Shown: positions 37,535 to 47,656, numbered from the stretch's first letter. The stretch: 50,811 nucleotides of DNA from a virus (IMGVR_UViG_3300005326_000013:1-50811); one strand, 5' to 3'. Numbers and translations are program-made. The notes: generated by a model from the letters alone, not told the origin.

Positions 37535-38434
37535 CTAAGCCCAATCGGAATAATCCGCCGAACTTCCTGAACCGCTATACCCGCTTGACGAGCTTCCGCT
37601 TGTGTTGAACAGGTTGCTGAGCCAAGATCCCAACCCCGTGTCATTGACAGCCTGCCCGCCCATCTTGGCACCCATCATGGCCATAATCATATCTTGCAGG
37701 GTGCCGCCGCCACTACTTGAGGTCTGGGAACCGGCGCTTCCTCCGTATCGAAGGCTATTCATCTGTTGTGCCCACTGAGAAATCTTCTCAAAGAACGCCA
37801 ACTCAGGGGCAACATCGATGAAGTATTTCATGTACTTGTCGTACTCGTCCTTGGCGAGGTCGCCTTTGGCACCATATTTGTCTTTATTCCAATCCATGAC
37901 CGCGCCATACCCCCCGGCGAGGTTCTTACTCTCCCGGTCCATAGCGTCAAGCTGAGAGGCCGCCGCCGCCCTCTTGGGACGCGACACAAAGTCGTATTGA
38001 TTGCCCATCAGGTTGACGCCCATGTCGGGCTTCTTTACGTCATACCGGATCTTCTTTGCGTCCCTGGCAAGGCGTTGCATGTCATTCTCGAACTGATCGG
38101 TTTTGACTCCACCCGTCCAAGTATAATCGCGGGTAATGTCGCCCATCTTGTCAAGATACTGCTCGGAGAACTCCTTCTGTTGCTTCTGTTGCGCCTCAAG
38201 CATCTCAAGGTAAGACATGGGGTCAATGGTTTCCCCGGTCTTCGGGTCTGTATATTCGTACCCCCAAAGCCAGTTATACCACGCCTTTAGAATGGCCTGT
38301 TCGTACCACTCCATCTCCCCCCAGTGTGCGGCTTCATAATCAACGGTCTGTTTGTTCGACCCCTCATCATCACCAAACAGCACAGGAAGGAGTCCACCAA
38401 CTAATGATCCTATAGCGCCAATCCAAGCGGCCAT
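37535..38434 (-). CDS. DNA pilot/ejection protein (putative)
   Basis: MAAWIGAIGSLVGGLL N-terminus and G/S-rich tail. Confidence 0.6.
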   Translation of the reverse strand: MAAWIGAIGSLVGGLLPVLFGDDEGSNKQTVDYEAAHWGEMEWYEQAILKAWYNWLWGYEYTDPKTGETIDPMSYLEMLEAQQKQQKEFSEQYLDKMGDITRDYTWTGGVKTDQFENDMQRLARDAKKIRYDVKKPDMGVNLMGNQYDFVSRPKRAAAASQLDAMDRESKNLAGGYGAVMDWNKDKYGAKGDLAKDEYDKYMKYFIDVAPELAFFEKISQWAQQMNSLRYGGSAGSQTSSSGGGTLQDMIMAMMGAKMGGQAVNDTGLGSWLSNLFNTSGSSSSGYSGSGSSADYSDWA

Positions 38435-38447
38435 TTGTCTATCCCTC

Positions 38448-39134
38448 CTAGCTCATCAAGGTTGAAAGCATTTGAGCTATAATTTGGTACATTTGCGTCT
38501 GGTCTTCACTGTAGCTTGTCGTCCCGCCCTCGCTGGTAGAAACCTTGCCCAAGTTCATAAGCTGCCCAAGCATGGTAGGCAACTGCGTTTTCAGCAACGC
38601 CGCTTGCATGGCCGTATCGTACTGTTTTTCCAGGGCAGTCCTTGCCAAGTTGGTTGACGTATCCGAAAGAGCGTCAGACATTACCGTGGAACTGAGAACC
38701 CCCTTGTTACCGTACTCCCCGAGAATATCCGGCAGCATTTCCGTAAGCATGTTGTTCATGCTTTGGTTATACATCCCGAACGCCTCGGAAGTGTACTTGT
38801 CGATATTCGGGATGTAATTCTCTATGGCCGGTTGCAAAAGAGGATAGAGCATTTCCATAAGTTGATCGGAATACCCACCCGACAACCCCGAATAAGAGGT
38901 TGACTTCGTGGTGCTTTTACTCCACGGATAGACATCCTCACCTTTGGGGAAATAGACCCCTGTACCACCAGTCCCTCCTGCGGCAGCTTTCTTGTTGTCC
39001 TGTGCAGTCAATCCCGCTTGCCAGTCATAGGAGTAACCACCGCTTCCGTTGGTGGAATTTGAGGTATATGGCCCAGTAGTTTGACCGTAGTAGTTTGTCG
39101 ATGAACCGTAAGGATAATAAGCGTTCGCGGCCAT
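38448..39134 (-). CDS. internal virion/ejection protein (putative)
   Basis: T/S/Y-rich N-terminus; GVLSST motif. Confidence 0.55.
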   Translation of the reverse strand: MAANAYYPYGSSTNYYGQTTGPYTSNSTNGSGGYSYDWQAGLTAQDNKKAAAGGTGGTGVYFPKGEDVYPWSKSTTKSTSYSGLSGGYSDQLMEMLYPLLQPAIENYIPNIDKYTSEAFGMYNQSMNNMLTEMLPDILGEYGNKGVLSSTVMSDALSDTSTNLARTALEKQYDTAMQAALLKTQLPTMLGQLMNLGKVSTSEGGTTSYSEDQTQMYQIIAQMLSTLMS

Positions 39135-39147
39135 GTTGTTCCCTCCA

Positions 39148-40224
39148 TCAGGCTTTCATGATAAATGCGAGACTATAGTATGGTGGTGTGTAAGACTTTG
39201 ATCCTGTTATTGTATGCGTATGCGCCCCTGTTGAATTGCTATGATACGTATATTGATATGAAGTTGACGTATCAGTAGAAGCTGTAACTTGGTGGTCATG
39301 GTCCCCGTCACTAACCGTCTCAATGTCCAGCGTCAAAGTATTTGCCCCTGCGCTTGCGGTTGTTCCGTCTGCCGAAAGAACTATGAAATAGTCCCGGAGA
39401 TCCGGGGTCCCGTTTGAGCCATTGCAAAGATACCATCCATACGGAGGTGTTATGCTTTCGAACATGGCTATAATGCCTGTCTCAGGGGATAATGTCGCGG
39501 CTGCGCTTGTCCACGCACTCAGGTAGGCCCTCTTGATGGCCTGCGTGATAGTTTCACTGTCAAAGGTAGCATGGGCATGGCTACCTGCCGCCTCAGTCTC
39601 ATAGACCGTATAGGTCGTTCCGGTGTTATAAAAGGCATTCAATTCGTCCGAATGCTTGTGGTTCGCAGCCGTGCTACAGGATATAGAGGTCGCCGCGCTT
39701 GCCACCGCCGTAGCCTTGGTAGACCCAGCCTTTAGAAACCGTTCGTCATCAAAGTCACGGGAAAGCCCTGTTGGGGCAGTATTCCCGGCAGTTAGAAAAA
39801 CGCAGTCAGCCGGGAAGGTCAATTCCCCAGTAGCCGTCAGTTTGATAAACTTCAACGTCTGGTACGCCGGGGTATAGCTAAACGTAACCGTATGCGTATG
39901 TTCTCCGCTTGCGGAAAGAGCCGAACTTGCAGGATACGGCGCGCCATCCCCCGTGGTATAAGGGCAGTACCCGGCCCTGTATAGTGTCCCGGTATGACTT
40001 CCCGTCGAACTGGTTGACCCTGCCGTACAGGTCAAAGACCCCCCTGTTGCGCCTACAGCATAAGTGCTTCCGGCCCCGACAATATGATACCCGTTCGCGC
40101 TCGTAAACCATTCATACCCGGTAGGGAGGACCGTGTTATTGAACGGCATTATGATCCCGGCAGGAATGTATCCGGGCCGTCTCCACCGTCTCAGTCTTTG
40201 GTACTCACAATGCGATTGAGGCAT
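39148..40224 (-). CDS. short tail fibre with three tail-collar-like modules and HxH motifs
   Basis: IPAGIIMPF..LPTGY, PYGWYLCNGSNGTPDLRD and repeated HTH/HAH; start re-called at 40224. Confidence 0.8.
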   Translation of the reverse strand: MPQSHCEYQRLRRWRRPGYIPAGIIMPFNNTVLPTGYEWFTSANGYHIVGAGSTYAVGATGGSLTCTAGSTSSTGSHTGTLYRAGYCPYTTGDGAPYPASSALSASGEHTHTVTFSYTPAYQTLKFIKLTATGELTFPADCVFLTAGNTAPTGLSRDFDDERFLKAGSTKATAVASAATSISCSTAANHKHSDELNAFYNTGTTYTVYETEAAGSHAHATFDSETITQAIKRAYLSAWTSAAATLSPETGIIAMFESITPPYGWYLCNGSNGTPDLRDYFIVLSADGTTASAGANTLTLDIETVSDGDHDHQVTASTDTSTSYQYTYHSNSTGAHTHTITGSKSYTPPYYSLAFIMKA

Positions 40225-40228
40225 CTTA

Positions 40229-41029
40229 TCACCATGCCAACTGCGAGGTTGTGCCTGAAACGCTGTATTCGATAACCACGCTTCTAAGCCATGCGTCTTC
40301 GGCCATTGCGTCAGTCCCGCCGACATTACGGTACACGCAGAAGTCCACCATGCACCCTACCGCGCCGGTCCCTCCTATCGTAATCGCAGGTGTGGCCCCG
40401 CTTGTTTGTCCATCCCCGCCGTTATCAGCCGTAAGGGCATCACTTATGACTTGTCCTGTCCCCCATGCCGCGTCTATCGCGTCATCATTCCTGCAAAACT
40501 TGGCTTTCAACCCCCATTCTACCGTATCACCGGCAGTTGATCCAGTTGCGGAAGTCCAGTAAAATTTAGCTTTTATGGTTCCTAAATTCCAATCCTCCGA
40601 CAGAACTGTGGAAAAACAAGCCAACTCCATTGTGGTTGAATCAAAGGCCAGATAGTCAAAGTTCACGTCATTCGTGGCTTTTTCCGTAGTTCCAGAGGCA
40701 GGGCCGTTTGTCGCATTGGGGATCATGCCCGCGGCAGGGACTTCAAAGGTTTGCCTGCGCCTGGTTCTCCACGCAGTATTCCCATTGTCCCAGAAGTGCA
40801 TGTCCCTGGTGTCAACCGTGACCTTCATTTCGCCGTCTGTCGAACCTGATCCCAAAGCCGCGTCATTGGCGACAAGCGTGAACACAACACCCCCTGCTCC
40901 GTGCGTGTGGGATGTTGCCGATTTACCGTCAAGCTGAGTCTGAGCGTCAACAAAGTTGGCCTGGGCCTTTACCAACCCACCATAAACCGTATCGCCGCCT
41001 GCTGTCGTAGTGATAGTCGTGAAAGCCAT
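40229..41029 (-). CDS. tail fibre/virion structural protein
   Basis: AGGDTVYGGLVKAQANF N-terminal attachment motif; beta-sandwich C-terminus. Confidence 0.65.
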   Translation of the reverse strand: MAFTTITTTAGGDTVYGGLVKAQANFVDAQTQLDGKSATSHTHGAGGVVFTLVANDAALGSGSTDGEMKVTVDTRDMHFWDNGNTAWRTRRRQTFEVPAAGMIPNATNGPASGTTEKATNDVNFDYLAFDSTTMELACFSTVLSEDWNLGTIKAKFYWTSATGSTAGDTVEWGLKAKFCRNDDAIDAAWGTGQVISDALTADNGGDGQTSGATPAITIGGTGAVGCMVDFCVYRNVGGTDAMAEDAWLRSVVIEYSVSGTTSQLAW

Positions 41030-42556
41030 TTAATCCACACCTCCAAGCGCCCCTTTTAATGCAGCTTTAAAATTTACTCCATATATCTCTACCGGGCCGT
41101 CACTCGCTATATTTGCCCATTCAGTCTGAATATTCATGAAGTTAAACCGCTTTTTAAATGTAAATGTGCTCGCTATATCGCTAGGGTAAATATCCCAATC
41201 TGCTATATAGATATACATATCAGCATCGTAAATATAGACATCATGGGACGACACATCTATGTCGGTAGTATAGAAGTATGAATCCTCATTATTCTTATAT
41301 AATCTAAAATCGCAATCAACCCCGTTAGGTGCATCCATGCGGATATTGATTGCTTTGCAATGCTTGTAATTATGCGGCATACCAAAATTAGTGTATGCCG
41401 TCTTTAAGTTTGTATCGGAGGCATAACTAACCGCGTTGTCTTCATAGTTAATGTCTTCCGTCCGGCTTAGTTTGTACAGGTGCCCGTCAGCCCCGCCTAT
41501 GAGCATAACGCCACCAGCCCAACAATAACTGGTAGCGGTGAAGGCAAACTTGTATTTACTCATGAGGTTGCCAGCATCGAGGTTAATGACATAAATCGAA
41601 CTGCTGTAATTAGTCCCGTCATGAAGCGTCAGCCAAAGCTGGTTATCAATACCGTTGTATCCGGCATAGGCTAGAGAACTAGCGTATTTGCGGCAGACAG
41701 TCAGAAAATCGTTCGACAAGGGCGTAAACTTCTGAACGTCGCCATACATTTGCGTAGGGGTCAGCCCTAGCCATTGACCATGAGACAGAAAGGAAATCAG
41801 GTTCCCGGCCCCCTGGACAGTCCTGTATGCGATACCTCCCCATCCGTCTATCAACGGCTCCACCCTGAATGAAGCGTCTCCTGGAAAGTTGTCTATCCTG
41901 TACAGCCGGTTTTCCTTGATAACCACCATCGATTGATAGAAGTCCACACAACCGATAATCGCATATCCATCGCTCGGGTCAACATCCAGATAACTCCATG
42001 TAGTTTCGTCGTTCACATTGGAATAATATAGCCTGTACGGGTAGTCCGAACTCCCCCAAGCATAAAGCCTGGTCCCTCTTACGAGCCCACCCTTGGCCTT
42101 TGGCGCTCCGGCAACGTCAGCATATGCCGCACCCGTCCAGCCAATAATCTCCCCACCATCGAAGATCATGAGCTTGTCGTGGAACTCACAGAATGTGGGG
42201 GTTGCGGCGACGGCCCCTATTTCAGCAGGGTCGTTAGTCCCATCAAGCTCGTATACCTTCGCCGCTGTCGCAAGAATGTAGTGTCTAGCGTCCTTAGCGT
42301 AGTAGTAGCACGCCAGGACGTCAGCGCTGGAGGGTAGAGCCGTGTTGCTGATCTTCGTCGTTCCTTGTCGCTTTTTGGCCGTTACAATGGGATCTCCCGA
42401 TACGTTCTTCTTCAACTGATAAAGCATGTTCTCGCACGAAGCGAGGTTATCCAACGCCATAAGGGTAGAGCCCACCTCTTCGGTGTACCCACCCTGAAAG
42501 TTTTCAATCTTTAGAAGCTGTTCCCGGTCGCCGTGCTTTGAAGAAAACTTTGGCAT
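41030..42556 (-). CDS. tail nozzle / tail tubular protein B (P22 gp10-like)
   Basis: FQGG start, beta-propeller repeats (RLYYSNVND..TW) and position after the adaptors. Confidence 0.75.
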   Translation of the reverse strand: MPKFSSKHGDREQLLKIENFQGGYTEEVGSTLMALDNLASCENMLYQLKKNVSGDPIVTAKKRQGTTKISNTALPSSADVLACYYYAKDARHYILATAAKVYELDGTNDPAEIGAVAATPTFCEFHDKLMIFDGGEIIGWTGAAYADVAGAPKAKGGLVRGTRLYAWGSSDYPYRLYYSNVNDETTWSYLDVDPSDGYAIIGCVDFYQSMVVIKENRLYRIDNFPGDASFRVEPLIDGWGGIAYRTVQGAGNLISFLSHGQWLGLTPTQMYGDVQKFTPLSNDFLTVCRKYASSLAYAGYNGIDNQLWLTLHDGTNYSSSIYVINLDAGNLMSKYKFAFTATSYCWAGGVMLIGGADGHLYKLSRTEDINYEDNAVSYASDTNLKTAYTNFGMPHNYKHCKAINIRMDAPNGVDCDFRLYKNNEDSYFYTTDIDVSSHDVYIYDADMYIYIADWDIYPSDIASTFTFKKRFNFMNIQTEWANIASDGPVEIYGVNFKAALKGALGGVD

Positions 42557-43192
42557 TTACAACTCCACGGCAGTATGAAAGTTCTTCCGCATTTCGATCA
42601 GGTTTCTCACCCGTTGGGTAAGGTTCTGAAACCATTTAAATTCATACGATGGGTCTTGCTCAAATTTATTCAGTAGCCTCGTATGCAAGGACTCGATTAG
42701 AACGCTGTCGAACAACCCGGCAAATGGCATGGTATTCGTCTTAGCTGTCAAGGCAGATTGCACCTGCCAATAGGGGATCTTGATGGTATACGCATCGTCG
42801 GGGGTGGGTAGAAAGTATACAGTTCCGGCCCCCGTAACGTAGAAGTGCGTCGGCTCCGCTTCCCCCGAGGTATGGGGGTTAAAGTCAAGCGAACTCTCTT
42901 CCGTCGTCAGGGCTATCCGGTTCCGGCTGTAGGTGTCCAGCACCCACCCGTAAGGCGCTGGGGTGTACATATCAGAGGCAAGATCGGTATAATATGCCGT
43001 CCCGTCAACGGTCGTTATCGTCCCGGTCGTCCTGCCAAGTTCGCTATTGTTCTCGGCGCACATGCCCAAGATCCAGGCAATATCAGCGTTCAACTGGCTC
43101 AGGCATTGTTCAAAGCTAGGAGTAGTCGAACTGTCAATTTGCTGGCCTAGCCTATATTCAAGAGCCGTTATGATAGTTGAAACCGTGCTCAT
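42557..43192 (-). CDS. head-tail adaptor / tail tubular protein A, paralogue 2
   Basis: ITTVDGTAYY, YFLPTPDDAYTIKIPYW. Confidence 0.7.
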   Translation of the reverse strand: MSTVSTIITALEYRLGQQIDSSTTPSFEQCLSQLNADIAWILGMCAENNSELGRTTGTITTVDGTAYYTDLASDMYTPAPYGWVLDTYSRNRIALTTEESSLDFNPHTSGEAEPTHFYVTGAGTVYFLPTPDDAYTIKIPYWQVQSALTAKTNTMPFAGLFDSVLIESLHTRLLNKFEQDPSYEFKWFQNLTQRVRNLIEMRKNFHTAVEL

Positions 43193-43884
43193 TGCTGTAC
43201 CGCCGCTTTAGGTGGCCTTACGTTCTCGCCCGTGAACCCCTCAGACCGCGTGATTTTGACCCGGTTCCGGCTGTTGATCCTCATGCGGATAAGGTTCCTC
43301 ACCCGTTCGCTCAGGAAGTTCATCCAAGACTGTTCGAATTCCACATTATACTCATCCCTGTTCTGGATACGGATAGCCAAGTTTTCAATGAATATAGGGT
43401 CGAACAACCCATTGAAAGGCATGGTATCCGTAGTCGCAGCCAGGGTGGTCTGGATTTGCCAGTACGGTATCTTGATGGTGTACGCCTGGTCCGGGGTGGG
43501 CAAAAAGTATACACTATTGGCCCCGTCCACGTAGAACCGTTCCGGTTGCGCCTCATTGGCCGCACCCGGAGAGAATCCTATCTTGGCCTTGGCGGAGGTG
43601 AGGTGGATCTTAGTTCTTGTGGAAGCCGCCTCAATCCATCCGTATTCATCCGGGGCATACATGGTGGTAGCAAAGTCCGTATAACTGGCCGTACCATCCA
43701 CCGTGGTAATAGACCCCTCAGTCTGCCCTATATCAGACCCTTCCTCCGCGCAGATAGCCAAGACCCACTTCACATCCTCGTTAAGCCACTGGATAACCTC
43801 AGTCGAAGATGGTTCGCTAGAGGCGTCCAGCGTAAGGGATACCCGGTATCCTACAGCCGTTACAATACTGGCAACTGTTGACAT
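43189..43884 (-). CDS. head-tail adaptor / tail tubular protein A, paralogue 1
   Basis: ITTVDGTASY, YFLPTPDQAYTIKIPYW. Confidence 0.7.
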   Translation of the reverse strand: MSTVASIVTAVGYRVSLTLDASSEPSSTEVIQWLNEDVKWVLAICAEEGSDIGQTEGSITTVDGTASYTDFATTMYAPDEYGWIEAASTRTKIHLTSAKAKIGFSPGAANEAQPERFYVDGANSVYFLPTPDQAYTIKIPYWQIQTTLAATTDTMPFNGLFDPIFIENLAIRIQNRDEYNVEFEQSWMNFLSERVRNLIRMRINSRNRVKITRSEGFTGENVRPPKAAVQQ

Positions 43885-43887
43885 ATC

Positions 43888-44379
43888 TTAGTCCCTTTGC
43901 AGAAAGCTGACGTTGGTTTCCTCTCCGAGCAACTTGCCCAGGACCATGAACTCACGCTTCTTGTCTTCCAGCCCGGACTTTTCCCGCTTGAGAACCGTAT
44001 GGGGATTCACCCTTTTTTCCTTGACTTCCTTCCTCGATGGCATCAGTTCCCTGATTTCCTTCTTCAGGTCTTTGAAACGCTTCTGGTAAAAGTCGGGATC
44101 TTTGTTGAACTCCTTCTCAGCCGTTTCCTTCCATTCCCTGATACCCTCAAGCCGGGTCTTCTTTTTCTTGAAGTTGGCCTCATACATGGCCCTGTGGTCG
44201 GGCGGGACATGGTTATGCTCCAGAGCCTTCTCCATCTGTTTCACTTCCTCGGCCATGCGTTCAATCCGCTGTGGGTAGCAAAACGAGGGCTTGTTGGCTC
44301 CCTTGTCCAAAGGGCCGTAGAACGTACGGTAGTCCTTTTCAGGGGATTTCTTGATGATAACAGTAGGTGATTCAGCCAT
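43888..44379 (-). CDS. K/E-rich coiled-coil hypothetical protein
   Basis: 163-aa ORF with RBS. Confidence 0.7.
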   Translation of the reverse strand: MAESPTVIIKKSPEKDYRTFYGPLDKGANKPSFCYPQRIERMAEEVKQMEKALEHNHVPPDHRAMYEANFKKKKTRLEGIREWKETAEKEFNKDPDFYQKRFKDLKKEIRELMPSRKEVKEKRVNPHTVLKREKSGLEDKKREFMVLGKLLGEETNVSFLQRD

Positions 44380-44421
44380 TTAAGTATCCTCTCTTTTCTT
44401 TGGTTTTCCCTTGTTAAAAGG

Positions 44422-44478
44422 TTGCGGAAGGGAGGAAGGGGAGGGACCTCCCTTTTCGGCCTCTCGGCCTATCCGCAA
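44422..44478 (-). ncRNA. three-way-junction structured RNA element
   Basis: UUGCGGA/UCCGCAA, GGCC-GAGA-GGCC and AGGGAGG/CCUCCCU stems. Confidence 0.5.
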
Positions 44479-44488
44479 GCTAAAAGGT

Positions 44489-44848
44489 TCAACCATCCAA
44501 TAATGCCTGTAAATTAGCCCTAGTTGTCGTCCCCGCGCCAAACAGCCCCGCCAGAATGGTTCTTGCCCTGGACCCTGTATTGAGATTGACCATGGCACAG
44601 GAAAGAACCTTGTCGCATTTACTAGCCTGGGTTCCGGTTAGCGCGTCGTATTCGGTCTGGTCTATAGCCTCAAACACTTCATCGCCTCTGAACACCCCGC
44701 TTGGTAAATGCACCCGGCACAGTTCAAAAACCTTGCTCCCATCGCACAGTGGACACGGGTTCTCTTCAACCATGCCGTTAGGGGTATCCTTGTAATAAAC
44801 ACCAGACCCGAAACACTTCTGACAAGTTTGGACTATGGTTACGCTCAT
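44489..44848 (-). CDS. DnaJ-type Zn-finger-containing protein
   Basis: CQKCFGSG...CPLCDGS. Confidence 0.6.
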   Translation of the reverse strand: MSVTIVQTCQKCFGSGVYYKDTPNGMVEENPCPLCDGSKVFELCRVHLPSGVFRGDEVFEAIDQTEYDALTGTQASKCDKVLSCAMVNLNTGSRARTILAGLFGAGTTTRANLQALLDG

Positions 44849-44850
44849 GT

Positions 44851-45834
44851 TTACGCCGCCACCTCAACAGCGATACCCGTTGTGGCCGCAGTCGGAACAG
44901 CACCCTGGACGTACACATTAAGGCTTGCCCCTCCAAGGGCCGTAGTCTTTATGGCAGCCGGGTCAACAATCAGCACATCGCCGGTCGTCTGAGCCGCTCC
45001 GAAATCAACCGCATCACCAACTGCCGAAGTTGCCAGGACACAATTCCAGAACACGGGCCGGATAATGAGCAACCTGCGCTCAACATCGGTCGCATTGTGC
45101 CCATAGAAGAAGCACGCGTCCCCGTGAGCCGCCTTATGCTGAAAGAGGCAATCCACGAAAGCTCCATCACGACAGACTTTGCCGGTTACGGTTTCCCTGT
45201 CCAGCTTGACATTCGGCCTTTCCACGCCGGACGCCCCGCGCTCGTTCACAAGGTCGCCAAAAGTGCATCCATAAAACTGTGAACTGTCGCCGTTCATCAG
45301 CACTTCAGCCGTCTGGTCCGTGGTAAGCAGGGTGGATTTGTAAAACTCACAGTTGTTGTACCGGGTATACTCTCCAGCTTCCTCGACGCAGTGAAGGCAC
45401 GTAGCCAGGGTGTTGCTGTTCTCGAACTTGATCCCGGTGAAGGTATTTCTGACGCCCGTGACCCTCAGCGTAGCCGTGTCATCAGCAGAGGTTGTCACGC
45501 CGAGAGATACCCTCGCGCCCGACCCGTACCCAAGGCCAGGAGGCGGGCCATTGCATCCGAAAACGTGAATGCGGTTTTTCGACCATGTAATCATAGCCGT
45601 TTCGACAACCGCAGAGTCACCGTCGATCAGGATGCAGTCGTTTGCGTTCGACGTGCAGGCGGTATAGGCCCTGCTCAACAGCTTGAAGGCGTGGGCCGTA
45701 TCCTTTCCGCTGTTGTTATCATTGCCATTCCGGTAGTCCACAAAAAATACATTCCCGAAAGTAGGCGGTATTCCCCCACCGATAACAGGCATTCCAAATG
45801 AGCTTACTCCGTGCGGAAAATGCGTAAATCCCAT
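44851..45834 (-). CDS. right-handed beta-helix (pectin-lyase-like fold) virion protein
   Basis: FFVDYRNGNDNNSGKDTAHAFK N-terminal motif, repeated N/G-C-x-F strands; start MGFTHF after AAGGAG. Confidence 0.65.
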   Translation of the reverse strand: MGFTHFPHGVSSFGMPVIGGGIPPTFGNVFFVDYRNGNDNNSGKDTAHAFKLLSRAYTACTSNANDCILIDGDSAVVETAMITWSKNRIHVFGCNGPPPGLGYGSGARVSLGVTTSADDTATLRVTGVRNTFTGIKFENSNTLATCLHCVEEAGEYTRYNNCEFYKSTLLTTDQTAEVLMNGDSSQFYGCTFGDLVNERGASGVERPNVKLDRETVTGKVCRDGAFVDCLFQHKAAHGDACFFYGHNATDVERRLLIIRPVFWNCVLATSAVGDAVDFGAAQTTGDVLIVDPAAIKTTALGGASLNVYVQGAVPTAATTGIAVEVAA

Positions 45835-45931
45835 GTTGTCTCCTTTTAGGAACACCGGGCATTTCTACCCGGTGCCGGGTGGATTTTCACCGCCCCTTAC
45901 CCTAGCTAAATGGTTGGTATCATTCGCTTTT

Positions 45932-46852
45932 TCAGCTTACCGAGCAACCGACCACAAATCTCCAGTCCATCCACCCCCAACCACACCGGAAATACGAACG
46001 ATACTTTCTCATCATCGTATCGAAATCTTCCGTGTTGCCGAACTCAAGCGGGGTGGCGTCGATCCACACAAGCCATTCCTTCATGCGGGCCGAATCGACC
46101 AGGAACCAGTCGTTCGTATCGTCGTCGTCAAGCATCGGAAGCTCAATGGATTTCCACTTGCCCCTCTGGAAGTTGGCATTGTTGTCGGCCACGTCCACCT
46201 TGCCCTGGCTGTTCATGACTTCCCAAACGGCCTCGGATAGGTTCGTCCCGTGGATGATGGTATCGAAGTTGGTATCGATCCGCTCCGAGATGTCGTTCCT
46301 GAAGCCCTTGGCCTGAATGCGAACGGCCTCAAGGTTCACGGCATCGAAGGACAGGGTTGACAGATTGTCGAACCCGTAGGTCGTGGACGTACCCGACTTC
46401 GTGGTGTGGGAATTGGAGCACAGGGCCACACCTTCCTCGTTCTCCATAAAGGTGAACGCGGAAGAATCGTGATACCAAAACGGCTCATGCGCGATCTTGT
46501 TCATCTTGCGCTTTGCCGCCTCGCCAAGGCCCTTCGCCCGGCTGTCGATCACATCGTACTGATCGGTATCGAGCAAAAGCCTCTGAACGATCATGCCCCC
46601 GGCGTACTCCTTGGGGGTGATCTTGGTCCAATACGAAGGAGACATTCCCTGATACTGCACAAGGCCCTGGAACTCTTCAGGGTCGGGAATTGCCCCTACT
46701 CCGTAATATTCGGACCATGCTTTACTGTCCTTGACAACCTTGAACAAGTTCTCCTTCACGGAAGGAAGGGCGTCGTACTGATCGTAAAACACCTTGTCCA
46801 GCCGCTTGTCCAAGAGCCTGATAAACTGCTTGTCGGTCAATGGGTTAGCCAT
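45932..46852 (-). CDS. major capsid protein (Mu gpT-like, HK97 fold)
   Basis: DGVAL-like EGVALCSNSH, DTNDWFL, EDFDTMMRKY and GWMDWRFVVG motifs. Confidence 0.85.
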   Translation of the reverse strand: MANPLTDKQFIRLLDKRLDKVFYDQYDALPSVKENLFKVVKDSKAWSEYYGVGAIPDPEEFQGLVQYQGMSPSYWTKITPKEYAGGMIVQRLLLDTDQYDVIDSRAKGLGEAAKRKMNKIAHEPFWYHDSSAFTFMENEEGVALCSNSHTTKSGTSTTYGFDNLSTLSFDAVNLEAVRIQAKGFRNDISERIDTNFDTIIHGTNLSEAVWEVMNSQGKVDVADNNANFQRGKWKSIELPMLDDDDTNDWFLVDSARMKEWLVWIDATPLEFGNTEDFDTMMRKYRSYFRCGWGWMDWRFVVGCSVS

Positions 46853-46882
46853 TTGTCAAATACTCCTGTAAACCGATATCGG

Positions 46883-47656
46883 TTAGGTATGCTGATGGTA
46901 TCCATTCCACAGAGAGAACACGGCAAATTCCTTGCCACTCTCTTCCAGGTTGATCGCGTGATAGTACGCGAAATAGTAGTTGGTCATGGTATAGTTGCCG
47001 TCGATGTAGTTGGCGGTCGCGCCGAAATAGATCGGGGCTACGCCGAGCACACCGGCAGACAGCACAAACTTGTCGCCAACCGCAATCCCGTACTTGAACG
47101 GAACCGTAACCACGTTCGCTCCGGTCCCGCAGTTCGTGACGATCCGGTACTGCCCACGGTTCGCCCCACTCCGACAATACGCCGTGGTATACGAATCCAT
47201 GATGTCCGTAACCGCGTTGCTGGTGCTGGTGATGGTCGTTCCGCCGGAACTTGCGGTAGTTACAGTGACTTCCGTAAGAGCCGTTCCGAACGCCCCATTG
47301 AAGATCGGGCCTTTAACCAGGGTAATTCCGGGGATAATCAGCGTAACCTGAACCTCGGAAGGACCAGTCAACGCGACCACCGATTGAGTCGTGCTGTAGG
47401 TCGTGCTGTTCCCGAAGTACGTCGAATTATAGGTTCGGGACCCATCCACAACACCGGACACGATACCCATGATCTTGTAGGCGTCTTCCTGGGCCTCTCC
47501 AGCAACATCCGCAATCTGCACATGCCCACCCGTCCCGGCAGTAATCCCAGGCATACAAAGCTGGCCTTCATACATGGTTTCGGAGGTGTGCAACCCGGTA
47601 CGAACGATAGGCGCGTGAGGGCCTACCAAACTCCCTGCATATTCAAAACCTGCCAT
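46883..47656 (-). CDS. capsid cement/decoration protein (putative)
   Basis: MAGFEY start, beta-rich; between scaffold and MCP. Confidence 0.6.
   Translation of the reverse strand: MAGFEYAGSLVGPHAPIVRTGLHTSETMYEGQLCMPGITAGTGGHVQIADVAGEAQEDAYKIMGIVSGVVDGSRTYNSTYFGNSTTYSTTQSVVALTGPSEVQVTLIIPGITLVKGPIFNGAFGTALTEVTVTTASSGGTTITSTSNAVTDIMDSYTTAYCRSGANRGQYRIVTNCGTGANVVTVPFKYGIAVGDKFVLSAGVLGVAPIYFGATANYIDGNYTMTNYYFAYYHAINLEESGKEFAVFSLWNGYHQHT

Noticed and set aside
30872-43884. diversity-generating retroelement (duplicated blocks in fibres/adaptors)
   Set aside because: No reverse transcriptase; the duplicates differ at all base types, not only adenines
44422-44478. hammerhead ribozyme
   Set aside because: Has stem-II-like GGCC-GAGA-GGCC-GAAA but lacks the CUGANGA core
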